DNA of 64,000 bases from contig NW_024704742.1 of assembly GCF_018977255.1 (NCBI RefSeq), forward strand, positions 123,382,001-123,446,000. Reading direction: 5' to 3'. This document shows, in pieces, positions 1 to 13,900 of the stretch. The notes beneath the pieces are model-generated. The model was not told where the DNA came from, searched no databases, and saw only the letters and a list, made by a program, of their open reading frames with translations. The stretch comes from Callorhinchus milii. Its lineage: Eukaryota. A program made the translations under genes and the position numbers. How positions within the stretch are numbered: position 1 is the stretch's first letter; each line of letters starts with the position of its first letter.

Positions 1-135
1 CTAGAAACTGTCACAGAGGGCTGGCTCGATTCCGACGATAGTCAAATAGAGTTCAAATAAGTCAAAGCAACTCTACCACTAGGTTTTGTGATGTGGGAGC
101 TTTGACAGTGAGTGTTGGCAGGCAGTTTCAATATC

Positions 136-670
136 ATAGAATATGACAGCAAAGAAGGAGGCCATTCGGCCCATTGTGCCTGTGCCGGTACTTTGGAAGA
201 CCTACCCAATCAGTCCCACTCGCCCACTCTTTCCCCATACACCTGTAAATGTTTCCTTTTCAAGTACTTATCTATACCCTTTTAAAAGCTGTTATTGAAT
301 CTGTTTCCACCACCCTTTCAGGCAGTGCATTCCAAACCGTAACAACTTTCTGTGTAAAAACAAATTTCCTCATCTCCCTTCTGGTTCTTTTGCCAATTAT
401 CTTAAATCTGTGTCTCCTGGTTACCAACCCACCGACCAGTGGAAACAGTTTCTCCCTATCTTCTCTATCAAACCCTTCATAATTTTGAACACCTCTGTTA
501 AATCTCCCTTAACCTTCTCTGTTCCAAGAAGAACAATCCCAGTTTCTTTAGTCTCTCCACATAATTAAAATTCTTCATCCTTTTACTATTCTGGAAAATC
601 TCCTCTGCAACCTCTCCAAGACCTTGATATCTTTCCTAAAGTGTGGTGCCCAGAATTGGACACAATACTC
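136..670 (-). mobile_element. CR1-type LINE 3' fragment
   Basis: Reverse complement of a CR1 3' end (ggccattcggccc..., tgcccagaattggacacaatactcc = EYCVQFWAP), similar to the end of 50953-52100. Confidence 0.7.
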
Positions 671-1860
671 CAGTTATAGGGGAGCAAAGCATCTGAGCCC
701 AATCCTGTCACCCACACTTTCACTTTACTGGTTTGTCACTGGACAGTTATCGGAAATAGGAAGGGAAACATTGCTGTGTTAACCTCATTAACCCAGGGAT
801 ATTGAGGTCAATTGGAGCATCTGTGCAACAACCTGAATGAGAGATCAGCTTCGTCTTCACAGCCTGCTATTAAGTCTTGATTTTCCAGGCTCATTTTTCT
901 GCTGAGCAGTGACTTTATCAATTCAGCCATCAGGAAGTAGCTAATGGCTGTATTGATTTGTACCGTCTCTGATACGCAACGTTAGGTTTGATTATCACCT
1001 CGTATTATACAATCGGCTGATTTCCACAAACAGACAGTAGTATCACAACTGATTTTGTTTCCAGTTTGTCATCAACCAGAAGTTTCTCCAGTAAAACAAG
1101 TCCCCCTGTGGGGACATTTACACTACTATGACTGTGCTTATGTAATCTGCCAACGTCCACTGTCTAAGTTCTCAGATGATGACTGACCACTTTGATGAGA
1201 TGGTGGACGCTGTTCATTTTGTGGCTTCGAGCAGAGGAGGAGGCAAACAAAGAGAAGAATAAATTCAGTGCCTTGTGATGAAAGAAATTCTCCCCACTCC
1301 ATCTCCTGAAGCCTCTGCTCGGCTGGCTCCAGCCTCCAGCTTGTCCCTCATCCCCTTCACTCCACCATCAGCAGCTTTTGCCCCTAAATTTTGGAACTCT
1401 CTCCCCAATCTCTTTGTCTTTCCCCTTCTTTAACCATTTTCAGATCATGCCTGAAGACCTTACGTTTCAACCGTACGTACGGTCACCTCAGCTCAGCATC
1501 AGACTTCACCACTGTTAAGTGCTTCAAGATGCTACGCCGTGTGAACTGTGCTATTACAATACAATATGATATGATATAATAATATAAGGTTCCAAAGCAC
1601 TATTCAGAAAGAGAAGGGAATTTCTTTCAGTGTCCAAGCCAACGATCTTCCAGTGCGTTATTCTCATCCTCGCTATGTATGGGACGTGGCTGATGCAAAT
1701 GGCTACACATTTAGCCCACAGTTGCTGAAGTTTACAGTAATTACTTGTGAAGCACTTTGAGCAGTTTCAACATGAGAAGTTGCAATGAAAATGCAAGCTC
1801 TTTCTTTTGTAATATGGCAGAGAGTTACTTTTACTTTATTTTTCAGTGTCTATCGGAATC

Positions 1861-1924
1861 ATGCCAGCAATAATACTGGTAATACTGTCGACATGCTTTC
1901 AGCTCAGTGTGTGTCATGAGGGGG
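1861..1924 (+). CDS. Gene A signal-peptide exon ([21 protein letters not shown])
   Basis: Acceptor tttcag at 1841-1846, ATG at 1861, hydrophobic leader, donor gtaagt at 1925; 64 coding nt, phase 1. Confidence 0.75.
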
Positions 1925-4900
1925 GTAAGTACAATTTCAATGAAATGTGACACTTCTGACCTTGTAAGCATCCTTACTTTGTAAACAAATGCCTGCGGAT
2001 AGTAAAATATAAATTCAGTATTATCCTAGTTTCTGGTGAGATGGTACATTATGCTAAAATTTGAATTTGTTTTAACAGTAATTACATTTGTGCTAGAAAG
2101 TTAAGAAGCAAGATTTTCCGTTTCATCAGGACAACAGAAGAATTGAACATGTTTGAGAGAATAGACTAGAACAATAATACTTATCCAACAGTATTCGTCC
2201 AGAACCATATTCGGCCATTTGGCTCATCGTGCCTGTCATGTGATTTCTGCTCTAATCAGATTTCCTGCTGATGGCAGCCTGACTTAACATAACATGTAGG
2301 AGCAGGTGTAGGCCATTCGGCCCTTCGAGCCTGCCCCGCCCTTCAATCATGGCTGATCTTCTAATCTAACTCCAGCTAACACCATAACCCTGCCTTATCC
2401 CCATATCCCTTAATCCCTTTTGCAATAAGAATTATCGGCAGGATTTGGAAGCGCAGACCAGTCACTGGGGGCAGGGAGTCATCCCATGCAGCTCCGGTTA
2501 AACCTGCAAGACAAAGCCCTAATGGGTAGGGTGATCCTAGCTGGACAAGCAGCAGGAAAGCTTGCCAGACAGTGCTATCAATGGCAAGCTATTTGGTTTT
2601 AGCTGGTTAGACTCCAGCAGCACCCCAACGCGCATTCTGAGATCCCCAACCCTTGGTTCTTGCCAACTTGCGCCTCATTCTTTTCGGAATTAGGTAAGTA
2701 GGATGTGTCCCTCAATGGAGAGAGTGCACATTCCCCTCCAACAATCTACCTCTGGGATTTCCATGTGTAGGTGGGATGCATAAAACTCTCAGTTTGGTCT
2801 GGATACTCTTACGCATGGTGATGGGTTTCCGCATGTGTCAGATACCCAGCTGACCAAAAAAAATCCTAGCTCTTTCTCTTAACCTTTATATATCTGTAGT
2901 CTTTAAGTGTGTATTGATTATATTTAATTGATTTTAAGTCATATCCTGATCTCTGAAGTATTTTTTAATTAAAAAAAACACAATATAGTTACTTTCCGGA
3001 ATTAGGTCATGGTGTATTCCTCCAGGGAATGCACCCTGACCTAGTTCCGGAAAGTAATCTATATTGCCCATTTCAAACACAGAGAAGTTCCATGTGTAGG
3101 GGTCCTATATATGTAGAAGTCACCTGTCGCACCCACTCTCCAACCTTCTCTGCCCCCCACCCCCAACTCGGGTGCAAAACCTGGACTGTCCAGCACCTTT
3201 GGCTGTCCTCCTGACGTAATATGCGCTATATAAATGTAAATTTGCATTGTATTGTTGTATTGTAACTTTCTGTCTGGTTTGGACACTCTTAACCATGGTG
3301 ATGATGAGTTTACGCATGTATCAGACGTCGACTAATGAAACAAAAATGAATGAACACTATATTTCCCTTTTAAATTACGTAATTGATATTCTCCTTTACA
3401 ACAACAACAACTTGCATTTATATAACTGGGGCATTCACATGGGCTAGCGTGTCAGAGTGCTTAAATTTCCTTGTGTAAGTAACATACATATGTAGAACTC
3501 ACCCCCTTTGTCCACCAACCCCCTCGGCCCCCATCCCACCCACAACTCGGTGCAAATCCTGGATCTTTGCACATCCTTCCTTTTTTTTAAATGAGTTCAG
3601 AAATACTGGCCTCAACCATCTTCCTGGTATCCTGCCAGTCACTACTTATCTTCTGGTAGAGAAATACTTCCTGGTAGCTGTGCTGAAATTTCCCTTTACA
3701 ATCCTAAACCTCTGGCCTCTTGTTCTGCTGTCTTGGTGTATCCAAAAGAATTGGTTTATGTTTACCTTCTCAATCACATTTAAAACCTTATATGCCTCTA
3801 TAAGCCCCCCCTGAAAAGCTGTTCCTTTTCAAGGCCGAAGAGCCCTAGCTTATCTAATGATTTATTCATAGTTCATTCCTCTAACACTGAGAATTATGCT
3901 TATTGCTCTCCTTCACACTGTCACCAAGGCCTGAGCAACAAACTTAAGTCATGCTACCCTGAACTATATGCAGAATTTTAGGTACTGATTGACCAGGGTA
4001 CTGTGTTCAACTGATTTGGTGACATAGCCTAGCATTTGGTTGTGTTGTTTCCTGCTCCGTCACACTGTTTTGATTTGCGGAAGTTACTAATACCCCTAGA
4101 TCTATTTCAGCTTACATTGGCAAGTTCTATTTCACCTATGAAGTACATTTTCTCCTATTTCACTTCCTATGTGTTACAACACTCACCAATTCAGCAACCA
4201 ATGCACATACAATACAATTTACATCTATATTGGACCTTTTGGGTTTGAAACCCCCCTCACGGAGGCCACGCCACCCGGCTACACCTCCCACCACATCCCC
4301 CGCCCCAACCGCCGTGGCGGTGGTGTTGCCCTTATCTCAAGGACACCACTTGCCCTATCCCCCTACTCCACTGGCTCTTTCCCCTCCTTTGAGCACCTCA
4401 CCCTCTCCCACCCCTCATTCCTCTCCCTTAAAATCCTCCTCCTCTACCGGCCCCCTAAAACCTCTCCCACCTTCATCTCTGACATTTCAACACTCCTCAC
4501 ATCTCTTTGCCTCTGCTCCGATCGCCTCATCATCCTGGGCGACTTTAACCTACACTTCACCCCCTCCTGCTCCATCTCCACAGACTTCTCTTCCCTGCTC
4601 TCCTCACTCAACCTCTCCTTACACATAAACTCCCCCACTCACAGTCACGGCCACCCACTCGATTTGGTGATCACCCGGGGCCTCAGTGTCTCGGATGTCA
4701 CTATTACCGACAAGGCCATCTCTGACCACTACTTCATCTCCTTCACCACCTCCACCCCCCTCCCCACCTCCACCAGACCCACCACCATCTTCTACCGCCC
4801 TTGGAAGAAGTTACCCCCACAATCCCTAACCGATGCCTTGGAGTCCTCTGAACTCCTCTCCCTCTGGCCTTCAACCCTCACCGACCCCTCTTCTCCTCTC

Positions 4901-7900
4901 TCCCTCCTCCACAATACCCTCTCCTCCACACTCGATACTCTTGCCCCCATCACTTCCCGCACTGTCTCCTACTCCCGCTCCTCCCCCTGGTACACCACCC
5001 ACCTCCGCTCACTGAAAAGCCAGGTGCGGGCTGCTGAACGCACCTGTGTCAAATCTGGCCTAACGGTCCACCGACAAATCTGGCTGGACCTCCTCAAAAT
5101 TTACCGCTCCACTCTAGCCTCGGCCAAGTCGTCCTTCTACTCCAGGATAATCCTGGAGGCGAAGAACAACCCCAGGCTACTGTTTTCCACCACAACCCGA
5201 CTCCTCCGTCCCCCCCGCCACCCCGCGCAGGTCATCTCCTCCAACCTTCACTGCGAGGAGATGCTGGATTTCCTTGAATCCAAGATCAAGGGAATCCGCT
5301 CCGCGGTCACTTCCCCTCCAACTTCCACCCACCACCCACCCCTTCCCTCCCACACTCCGACTCCTACCCATCCTCCCCTACACACCTTCGTACCCGTTTC
5401 CCCACCCTCTGTCACTGAACTCATCCTATCCCTAAAACCAACCACCTGCTCCCTTGACCCCATCCCCACTCCACTCCTTATCTCCCAGCTCCACTTTCTT
5501 GCCCCACATATCACTGACATCATCAACCTGTCCCTCTCCTCTGGCTCTGTCCCCATTCCATTAAAAACTGCCATCATCACGCCCACCCTGAAAAAACCCT
5601 CCCTTGATGCGTCGCAGCTATCAAGCTACCGGCCCATCTCCAACCTCCCCTTTCTCTCCAAGGTCTTGGAAAGAGTTGTCGCCTCCCAACTGCGCTCTTT
5701 CCTTTCCACCCATTCTCTTTTCGAACCCCTTCAGTCAGGTTTCCGTGCTGCCCATAGCACAGAAACTGCCCTGGTCAAGGTCACCAATGATATCCTGACC
5801 ATCTGTGACCAGGGCTCCCTCTGTCTCCTCGTCCTCCTCGACCTATCGGCAGCATTCGATACGGTCGACCACGCTATCCTACTCCACCGCTTGTCCTCCC
5901 ACCTCAACCTTCAAGGCACTGTCCTTGAATGGTTTAGGTCGTACCTTTCTCACCGTCTTCACTTTGTCTCGACGAATGGCTTCTCCTCCACCCCCCGCAC
6001 TGTCTCATGTGGTGTCCCTCAGGGCTCTGTCCTCGGTCCCCTCCTCTTCACCCTCTATATGCTCCCCCTTGGTGACATCATCCGCAGACATGGAGTTAAC
6101 TTCCACATGTATGCGGATGACACCCAACTCTACCTTTCCTCCTCTACTCTCAACTCCACGACCACCGATGTCCTGACAGCTGCCTGTCCGACATCGAGTC
6201 CTGGACGAGAGACAACTTTCTTCAGCTCAACGTGCGAAAAACCGAGGCCCTCCTGATTGGCTCACGTCAGCGCCTCCGCACCTCAGGCGCTGACACCATC
6301 AGCATCCAAGGCTGCACTCTCCACCTCTCAAAGCCAGTCAGGAACCTCGGCGTTTTGTTCGACCCTGAGCTGTCCTTTCTCCCTCACATCCGCACCACAA
6401 CTGGCACCGCCTTCCATCACCTCCGGAACATCGCCAGACTACGGCACTACCTCACCCCTCACGCTGCTGAAACCCTGGTTCACGCCTTTGTCACCTCAAG
6501 GCTGGACTATGGGAACTCTCTCCTCGCCGGCCTTCCCGCCACCTCCCTCCACAAGCTGCAGGTCATTCAGAACTCTGCAGCTCGTGTACTGTCCCGCACC
6601 AGGCTTCGGGACCACATCACTCCCACCCTCGCTCGCCTCCACTGGCTCCCCATCCCCCAGAGGATTGATTTCAAGATCCTCATCCTCACCTACAAGGCCA
6701 TTCACGGCCTTGCTCCCTCCTACCTCTCCAACCTACTATCCCCCTACCTACCTGCCCGTACCCTCCGTTCCTCTGGCTCCGGTCTGCTCCACGTCCCCCG
6801 CCCCAACCGCCCTACCATCGGTGGTCGGGCCTTCAGCCTCTCAGCCCCGAGGCTCTGGAACTCCATCCCCCAGTGCCTTCGCCTTGCTTCCTCCCTTTCC
6901 TCCTTCAAGGCCGGTCTCAAAACCTTTCTCTTTGACCGTGCCTTCAGCTCCCCTCTCGACTCTCTTCCCCCTCCTCGCTCCCTCCCTTCCCTCCCCTCAC
7001 CCTGACCATTTCCCCCCTCCTCTCTCCCTCCCTTCCCTCCCCTCACCCTGACCATTTCCCCCCTCCTCGCTCCCTCCCTTCCCTCCCCTCACCCTGACCA
7101 TTTCCCCCCTCCTCTCTCCCTCCCTTCCTCCCCTCACCCTGACCATTTCCCCCTGCTCGGGTCCTGACCCAACTGTGCAGCGCCTTGGGACGTCCTCCTG
7201 ACGTGAAAGGCGCTTCATAAATGGAATCTTGTTGTTGTTGAAACACTGATTGTCTTGGACCTTGTGACGCCCTCTCGACGTGAAAGGCACTGTACAAATG
7301 TAATTTTGTTGTTGTTTTACATTGGGAGAACATCCCAAAGGATTTTACACTGCTGGCTGAACCCCTGAGATGATGGAGTAGGAGCCGAGGGGGTGGGGAG
7401 GGGGAATAATCTTTCCCTATTCCCCCCTCTCAAAAACCCTTCATAATTTTAAATACTTATTCGATCTCCTCAGGGAGCTTGGAATTAGGGAGTTTGTTTT
7501 TGTATTACTTTCGAACAAAGCACAACAGCTGCAATGTTTTGTGCTCCCTCCCGGGCCTGGCTTGAGTCCAGGGACAGCTTTTTTTTAATTGATGCTCTAC
7601 TTTTAATGAAAACGCAGACACTGGAATATTTCTATTCGACTCGGAACTTAAAATATCACCATTTCATCTCTGTTCTGTCGAAGGTTTAGTTGCTTCAGTG
7701 CAGCCATTGTTTGCAGCCATTGTGTCTGGACAATAAGTACCGGCTGGGACTGAAAGGTGGTGTTGAGTGTTGCAACACTCGCTCTCAGGGTCAAAACAAA
7801 CAGAAACAAACCCACTCTTTTGAATGATTCATCTTTTATACGTTATTAATTCGGTAAATGGGGGTGAGCAGGCTTAACCTCGCTCACCAATATAAAACTA

Positions 7901-10900
7901 AATCTTCTGTACACGAACTTTCCCTGCTCTCCTAAAGGTGTCCTCCTACTCGGGTGTAGCTCTAGGCGCATCCTCGAGTATCGTGCCCAAGTGGCCATTA
8001 TAACAACACAAGCTTGTATTTATATATGCGGGTAGCATCTCAGAGCGCTTAAGAGCGGTGTGGTTTGACACTGAGCTGAGAAGGGAGGGGAGGTGACTGA
8101 AGGTACGGGCGAAGAGGAAAATCTGTGATTTGAAGACGGGTAAAGCGGGGGCAAGACAGAGGGTTTGAGGCAGGGAGTTCCAGAGATTCGGGGCACAGTG
8201 GCCAAAAACACAGCTGCCGTTACTTTATTATTATATTATAAATTATATCTTTCTGTTTTTCTACACATGAGTGTTGAATCATCACGTCTTTTTATCTCCA
8301 GTGCCACCTGAGAAACCCACCAATTTGTCCTGCATCACATATTACGATAGAAACATGACCTGTTCCTGGATTGTGGAAAGACACACACAAACTAAGCTTA
8401 AGCTGTCGTGAGTATCCAGTTTATTACTTCTATATGAAATCAAACAAGTAACCTAATGTTATCAGAACTTGTGGCCTGAATACGTACTATGCCATCTCAG
8501 GCTCATTTCCTTTCTGATATGCCCTGGCCATGATACATGAGGCAAGGATAAATGAGTTAGGAAGCTGCTGGGGTACTTTGCATTGATTTACACAGTACAG
8601 CACCGAAATAGGCTATTTAGCTCAACTAAACCTTGCCAAGTTTATTACGCCACTTGACCTTTCATCTCTCCTCATGCCCTCTGACTACCCTACTCCTATA
8701 CCCCTCTATTACCATCTCCCTCACGTAGGAACATAGGAATTGCTAGACAAAAAAGACCATGGTCCATTTAGTTCGCTGTCTACTATCCGGGTAGTTGCAT
8801 CCTACAATAATGGAGATAATAATAATAGCTGTTGATAGCAATTAATCCTGTATCAAACACACACATGCACACTTATTCAGGTGGAAATGACCATGTACTC
8901 ATGCACAGTTGTTTTTTTGTGGATCGATTCAGTAGAACCCAAACAGCAGTCAATTGCCCTGCCCGATAAGGCCACATAATGATCCAGAAACCAAGTTTAT
9001 TGTGGTGTTTAAGTAAAAGTAGGAATGGAACCAAGAAAGTGCAGTCTCACAGAGGTGGGGAAGTGATGGGGGAGGGTAGAATGATTTGAAGACAGCAGAG
9101 AGATTGAGATGGATGAGGAGGTACAGGGAGCTCTCAGCAGAGAAAGAGAATACTTATTTTGTGACTTTAGTAAAATGCTCACTCTCTCCCCTGAGGGACG
9201 CACTCTGCTTACCTAAAAAGACAAAGGTCAGTACGAGCAAAGGCTTGGAAACCCCAGAGTGCATAGGTGGGTTACTGCTGGAGTTTACCCAACTAAAACC
9301 ACATAACTTGACATTGCAGGCATTGTCTGTCTAATGTCCCAGCACTTGATCAACTAGAACCTCTCTAGGTTTAGGGGTTGGCCTGGGGAGTCAGCAGGAG
9401 ACAAATGGGAAGAATCGTTGACCTCACTGATCTGTCTGTCCCTCCAAGTCCAGCTGACAAGTACAGACCTACCTGCATTTTGCTTTCAATAAAGAATAGA
9501 TGTAGTTTTCATTGAATGAGATGCCACTGTTACCATAAATTAATCTGCATTTTGTTTTACTTTCCATTTTTTTCTGCGTTTCAGTATTTCTTCAGGACAT
9601 GTACAAGTCTGCAAACCAGAGCATTTCAACAATTTCTGCACAATCTTTTACCCAAATATTCACTACTATGTTGAGTATACTATTTGGGTGGAGGCAGAAA
9701 ATAGTTTGGGAAAAATTCTATCAGATTTCTTATTACTGGATGCAATGGACAAAGGTGATTATGTTACTTTTCACAATATGGTTTATTACCTTATAAAAAA
9801 CTGATAACTAATAAAAGTAGTGTTTAGTATGTTGTGATCATTTTCATGTTAAAAATAAATGAATGCAAATATATGATGGCACAGCAGAGAGCCTGATATC
9901 CTCTTTAACAGGGACCAGCCCCAGTGTAGATATCAGATCTCTATGTTTTTATATGTGTGTGTGTGTTTGTGCGCATGTCTCCTTCATCTCTCTAACCATT
10001 CCTCATAGCTCATGGCCCTAACACTGTAGATTATCCTTATTGGTCTCCTCCTTGACAGCCCCCATACAATGTGGTAACCATCTAAGTGCAATACTTCAAG
10101 TATAACGATTGGCCATGTGGCTGAGACATTGGAGGGCAATGCACACCTATGTGACTGTATCCCAGCAAAGATCAGTATTTTCTGAGGGGGATAAGGGATG
10201 TCTCACCAGTCTCCCCAGATCAACCTTTTACAAAGTCCAATTAATTGAAAACTACACTGCCCATATCTTCACTCTTAGCAAACCCAGGACCTCCAGGCCC
10301 ACCCATTATTGGGCTCCATTAGCTCCCTATCACCGAATGGTTCATTTTCAAAATCCTCACACATGCTTCATGCCCTGATACCTCCCAACCTCTCCAACTT
10401 GCTCACAGCCACTCTACCCATCCCATTTGCTCAACTGGCTCAGGTCTTTTGCATGTCCTTCAACCCCTCTGACGCTCCACCATCAGCAGCCTTGCCTTAA
10501 CCACAACACTCCAAGCCTCTCGAACTCTCTGCCTCAATCCCTCCAACTTGTTCCCTATTGACCCATCTTCAGATCACACTTGTAGACTTTCGTCTTTGAC
10601 CGTGCCTTCAGCCAGCTTCCCTTTCTCCTCGCTCAGCATCAAACTACACACTGTTCAGTACTCCAAACGTTACCCCACATGAAGGCACAATATGAATACA
10701 ACTTGTTGTTGTTGGGATAAACTTGTAACAAGAAATAAAATTGTTGTGTTAAGCAATAAGGACTGTAATAGTTTAACATAATTATGTACAAAATAGATGC
10801 TAAAACAACAATGATCCTAACATCTTGTATAGCACATTTCACGTATATATAATAATATATTCACTTTTGTATTTTAGTAAAAACTGAACCCCCGGAGATT

Positions 10901-13900
10901 ATATCAGTGCAGCCTGTGGGAGATCAGAGTGATGCCCTGTCAGTGAAGTGGGTAATCGATATGAAACTGCCTGCAGTGTTTCATTTAAAATACGATCTTC
11001 GATATCAAAAGATCGGCACAACGGACTGGAAGCAGGTACTGAACACAGGTTGTGCTTTAAAAGAAGACATTGGAAATTACTGATGTTTTCTTCATATGCT
11101 GTCATTTTTAAATACCTTTTTTNGAAATAAAGAATAAAATGGCTACTAATGAGCAATAAACAAGCATTCAAGGGAATGTCATTATCTAGTCAGTGGATAG
11201 AACATTGCCTCAATAATAAGGTGGCAATATTGGTCAGAACTGTGTGTGGAATGGAACCACACAGCACATAAAAAATGGTTCCAGGTTTATGCATCCCATG
11301 TCAGACTCTGAACTTGTGGGATATCTATTACCTCTTCATAAAGAGCCAGAAAGGACAAATAACTTTTGTATCTAATAAAGAATCTAATAAAGATTCTTAT
11401 TAGATTCAGGCAACTGATTTAGGTGCATGTTAATCTTGTGATGGAAATTCTTCAAAAAACTTGAATGAAGTTTGATAAAAAATGGTCCTAAATCAGTTTC
11501 CACTATGAACCATTTTGTTTTGATCAGGATCCATGTCAGATGTTGACTGGTTATTTTTTATACACGTATGGGTGTTCTTCAGGATGTCATTTCAGTGTAG
11601 AAATGTGAGTTTGGTGTTTTTCAACAAATGTTTTCAACATCTTTTCCCCCAGATTCAAATAGAGAATGCATCTCTTCCTAAAAAGTCTTTCATTATTGAA
11701 GGTCTGAAGCCATTTACTGTCTACACTGTGGCAATTCGATGTATGAACATAAATGGAAAAGGCTATTGGAGTGAATGGAGTTTGGAGAAAAATGGAAGTA
11801 CTTCTGAAGACAGTATGTATATCATAAAAATGCATAGAAATACTGTTATAATTCACTTCATAACTGTGTGTGGGACATTGCTGTGCGCAACTTGGCTGCC
11901 GCTTTAGCCTACAAATCCACAGTCACTACAGTAAATCCTGTGAAGATCTTTTGGATGTCTTAAAGTGTTTTGAGGCAATTATATGGGTCTTTAACTATGC
12001 AATTACTAACCAATGAAAAGGTTTTGCAGAATTATTGGTTGTTAATTACACAATCAACGCCTCCTGCTAATTTCCTCCCAACATATGTTTTACACATGGT
12101 TAACACAACCCTCAAATTAAACCCCATTTACAAACAACTAAAGAGGACTGATAGACAGACATTATTCATCCAGTCAAGGATTTGCCCTTAAAAGTTACTG
12201 CACTTTATCGAAAAACTGTGAAGGGTTATATATAATGGGTAAAATTCATTATTATTCATAATATTCTCCCAGAGAATGCAGAGTTGCTACATTTTATGGC
12301 ATATAAAACATTGGGCAAGTTTCCTTACTCCACAGTCCTCTGTTTATCTAGCAGTAAACTCGGTCGTTAGTCGATTGCCGAATCGCTTTTCACTGCTGTG
12401 TGCAATTGGCTGCTGCGTTTTGCCCACAAAATATACAGTCAATTCACTTCAGAGTAGATTCTGTGAGGCGCTTTGAGATGTCTGGAAGATGTGATAAGGT
12501 GCTATATCAAATGCAAGGATTATTATTATTATATCCTGTGACACATTTTAAGATGTCCTCCTGACACAAAAGACACTATATTAAATACAAGGATTATTAT
12601 ATATTTTGCATATTATTATTGTTACTATGGAGTCCTGTAGCTCAGTGGTTAGAGCACTCTCTTTGCAAGCGAGAGACCTGAGTTCAATTCCAGGCAGGGC
12701 GAAACCTTGGGCAAGTTCCTTACTCCACACGCCTAATAATAATCCCTCCAAAAACCAAAAACAATAATAAATTGGTCATTTTCAATCTACGACTGTTTGT
12801 GGGACATTGCTGTGCGCAATTGGCTGCTGCGTTCGCCCACAAATATACAGTCAATTCACTTTACAGTGTGTTCTGTGAAGCGCTTTGGGACGTCCTCCCA
12901 ACGTGAAAAGCGCTATATCAAATGCAAGGATTATTATTATTATTGCTATTATTATACTGTACCCTTTTCAACATGAATTTGTAAATCAATTTGAGATTTT
13001 AACATATAATCAGAAAATGTTGTCATTATTTTTTTTCGCTTCTGTTCCTTAGACCCATCTCAAGGTCCAGCCCTTTGGATGGTAAATAAAAATCCAAAGT
13101 CAGAAAACAGAACAATTCTAATCATGTGGAAGGTAATTTCTTTATTTATGTTCTTTGACTGATCTGAGCATTTCGTACTACTGTACGTAGGATTTCTTTA
13201 AATCAGACACATTTAAGCTAGACATTATTTTCTTATTGAAACATATTTTGATAACCCCCATAGTCTAATGTACAGAGTTTACTATATATAAGCTGCTGTG
13301 TGCAATTGGCTGCCGCATTTCACCCACAAAATACAGTCAATTCACTTTACAGTATATTCTGCGAAGCGCGTTAAGACATCTCAAAGATAAGGCACTATAT
13401 AAAAAGTAATGCAAGGATTATTACAGACAGGGACCTTGCAAGTTCAAATTCCAGTCTATGTCGTGCTTGCTGGTTTCAGTTGGAGCTGCATGCTGAGGCT
13501 AAATTAGTCCCAGGAGTCTCTACTGGTAGTGCACGTGACAAGAGGGTTATGTGAGATTAAGTTGAGTACTAACACTCGTTGCCAAGACTCACACATGAGT
13601 AATCACCAAGCTGTTGGAGAGCAATCAGCATCCATGGAACCCAGACCCCAGCACGAGAGGGGATGAAACAGAAAAATAACTGGGCACCATGAAATTATTT
13701 TTAAAAAAAGGAAACATACATATATTGACAATCATTTTTTTCCCATGAGTTCATGTACATAGGAACATATGTGCATGCAACCACCAGGAAGGTGGAAGGC
13801 GAACGAGATGGACCTTGGTCTTCTTTTCGAGTAGCATTTCTTATGTGCTTTTGTGTTTATTCCTGTGTTTGTTGAAAAACAAAACATCTGTAGGCAACTC

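Noticed and set aside
4169..7005. 695-aa and 257-aa ORFs as a host gene or novel RT system
   Set aside because: Standard L2 ORF2 with a 5'-truncated endonuclease; the ORF's N-terminus is flanking DNA.
6968..7152. CRISPR-like repeat array
   Set aside because: Head-to-tail tandem units without unique spacers, in a eukaryotic LINE UTR.
4230..7338. Pro/Ser-rich and Gly/Arg/Glu-rich overlapping ORFs
   Set aside because: Alternative-frame or antisense read-outs of C-rich L2 sequence and its minisatellite.
12629..12705. tRNA gene-like sequences (also at 21304, 25928, 63255 and others)
   Set aside because: Each continues into the same core and (TTA)n tail, so these are SINE heads, not tRNA genes.
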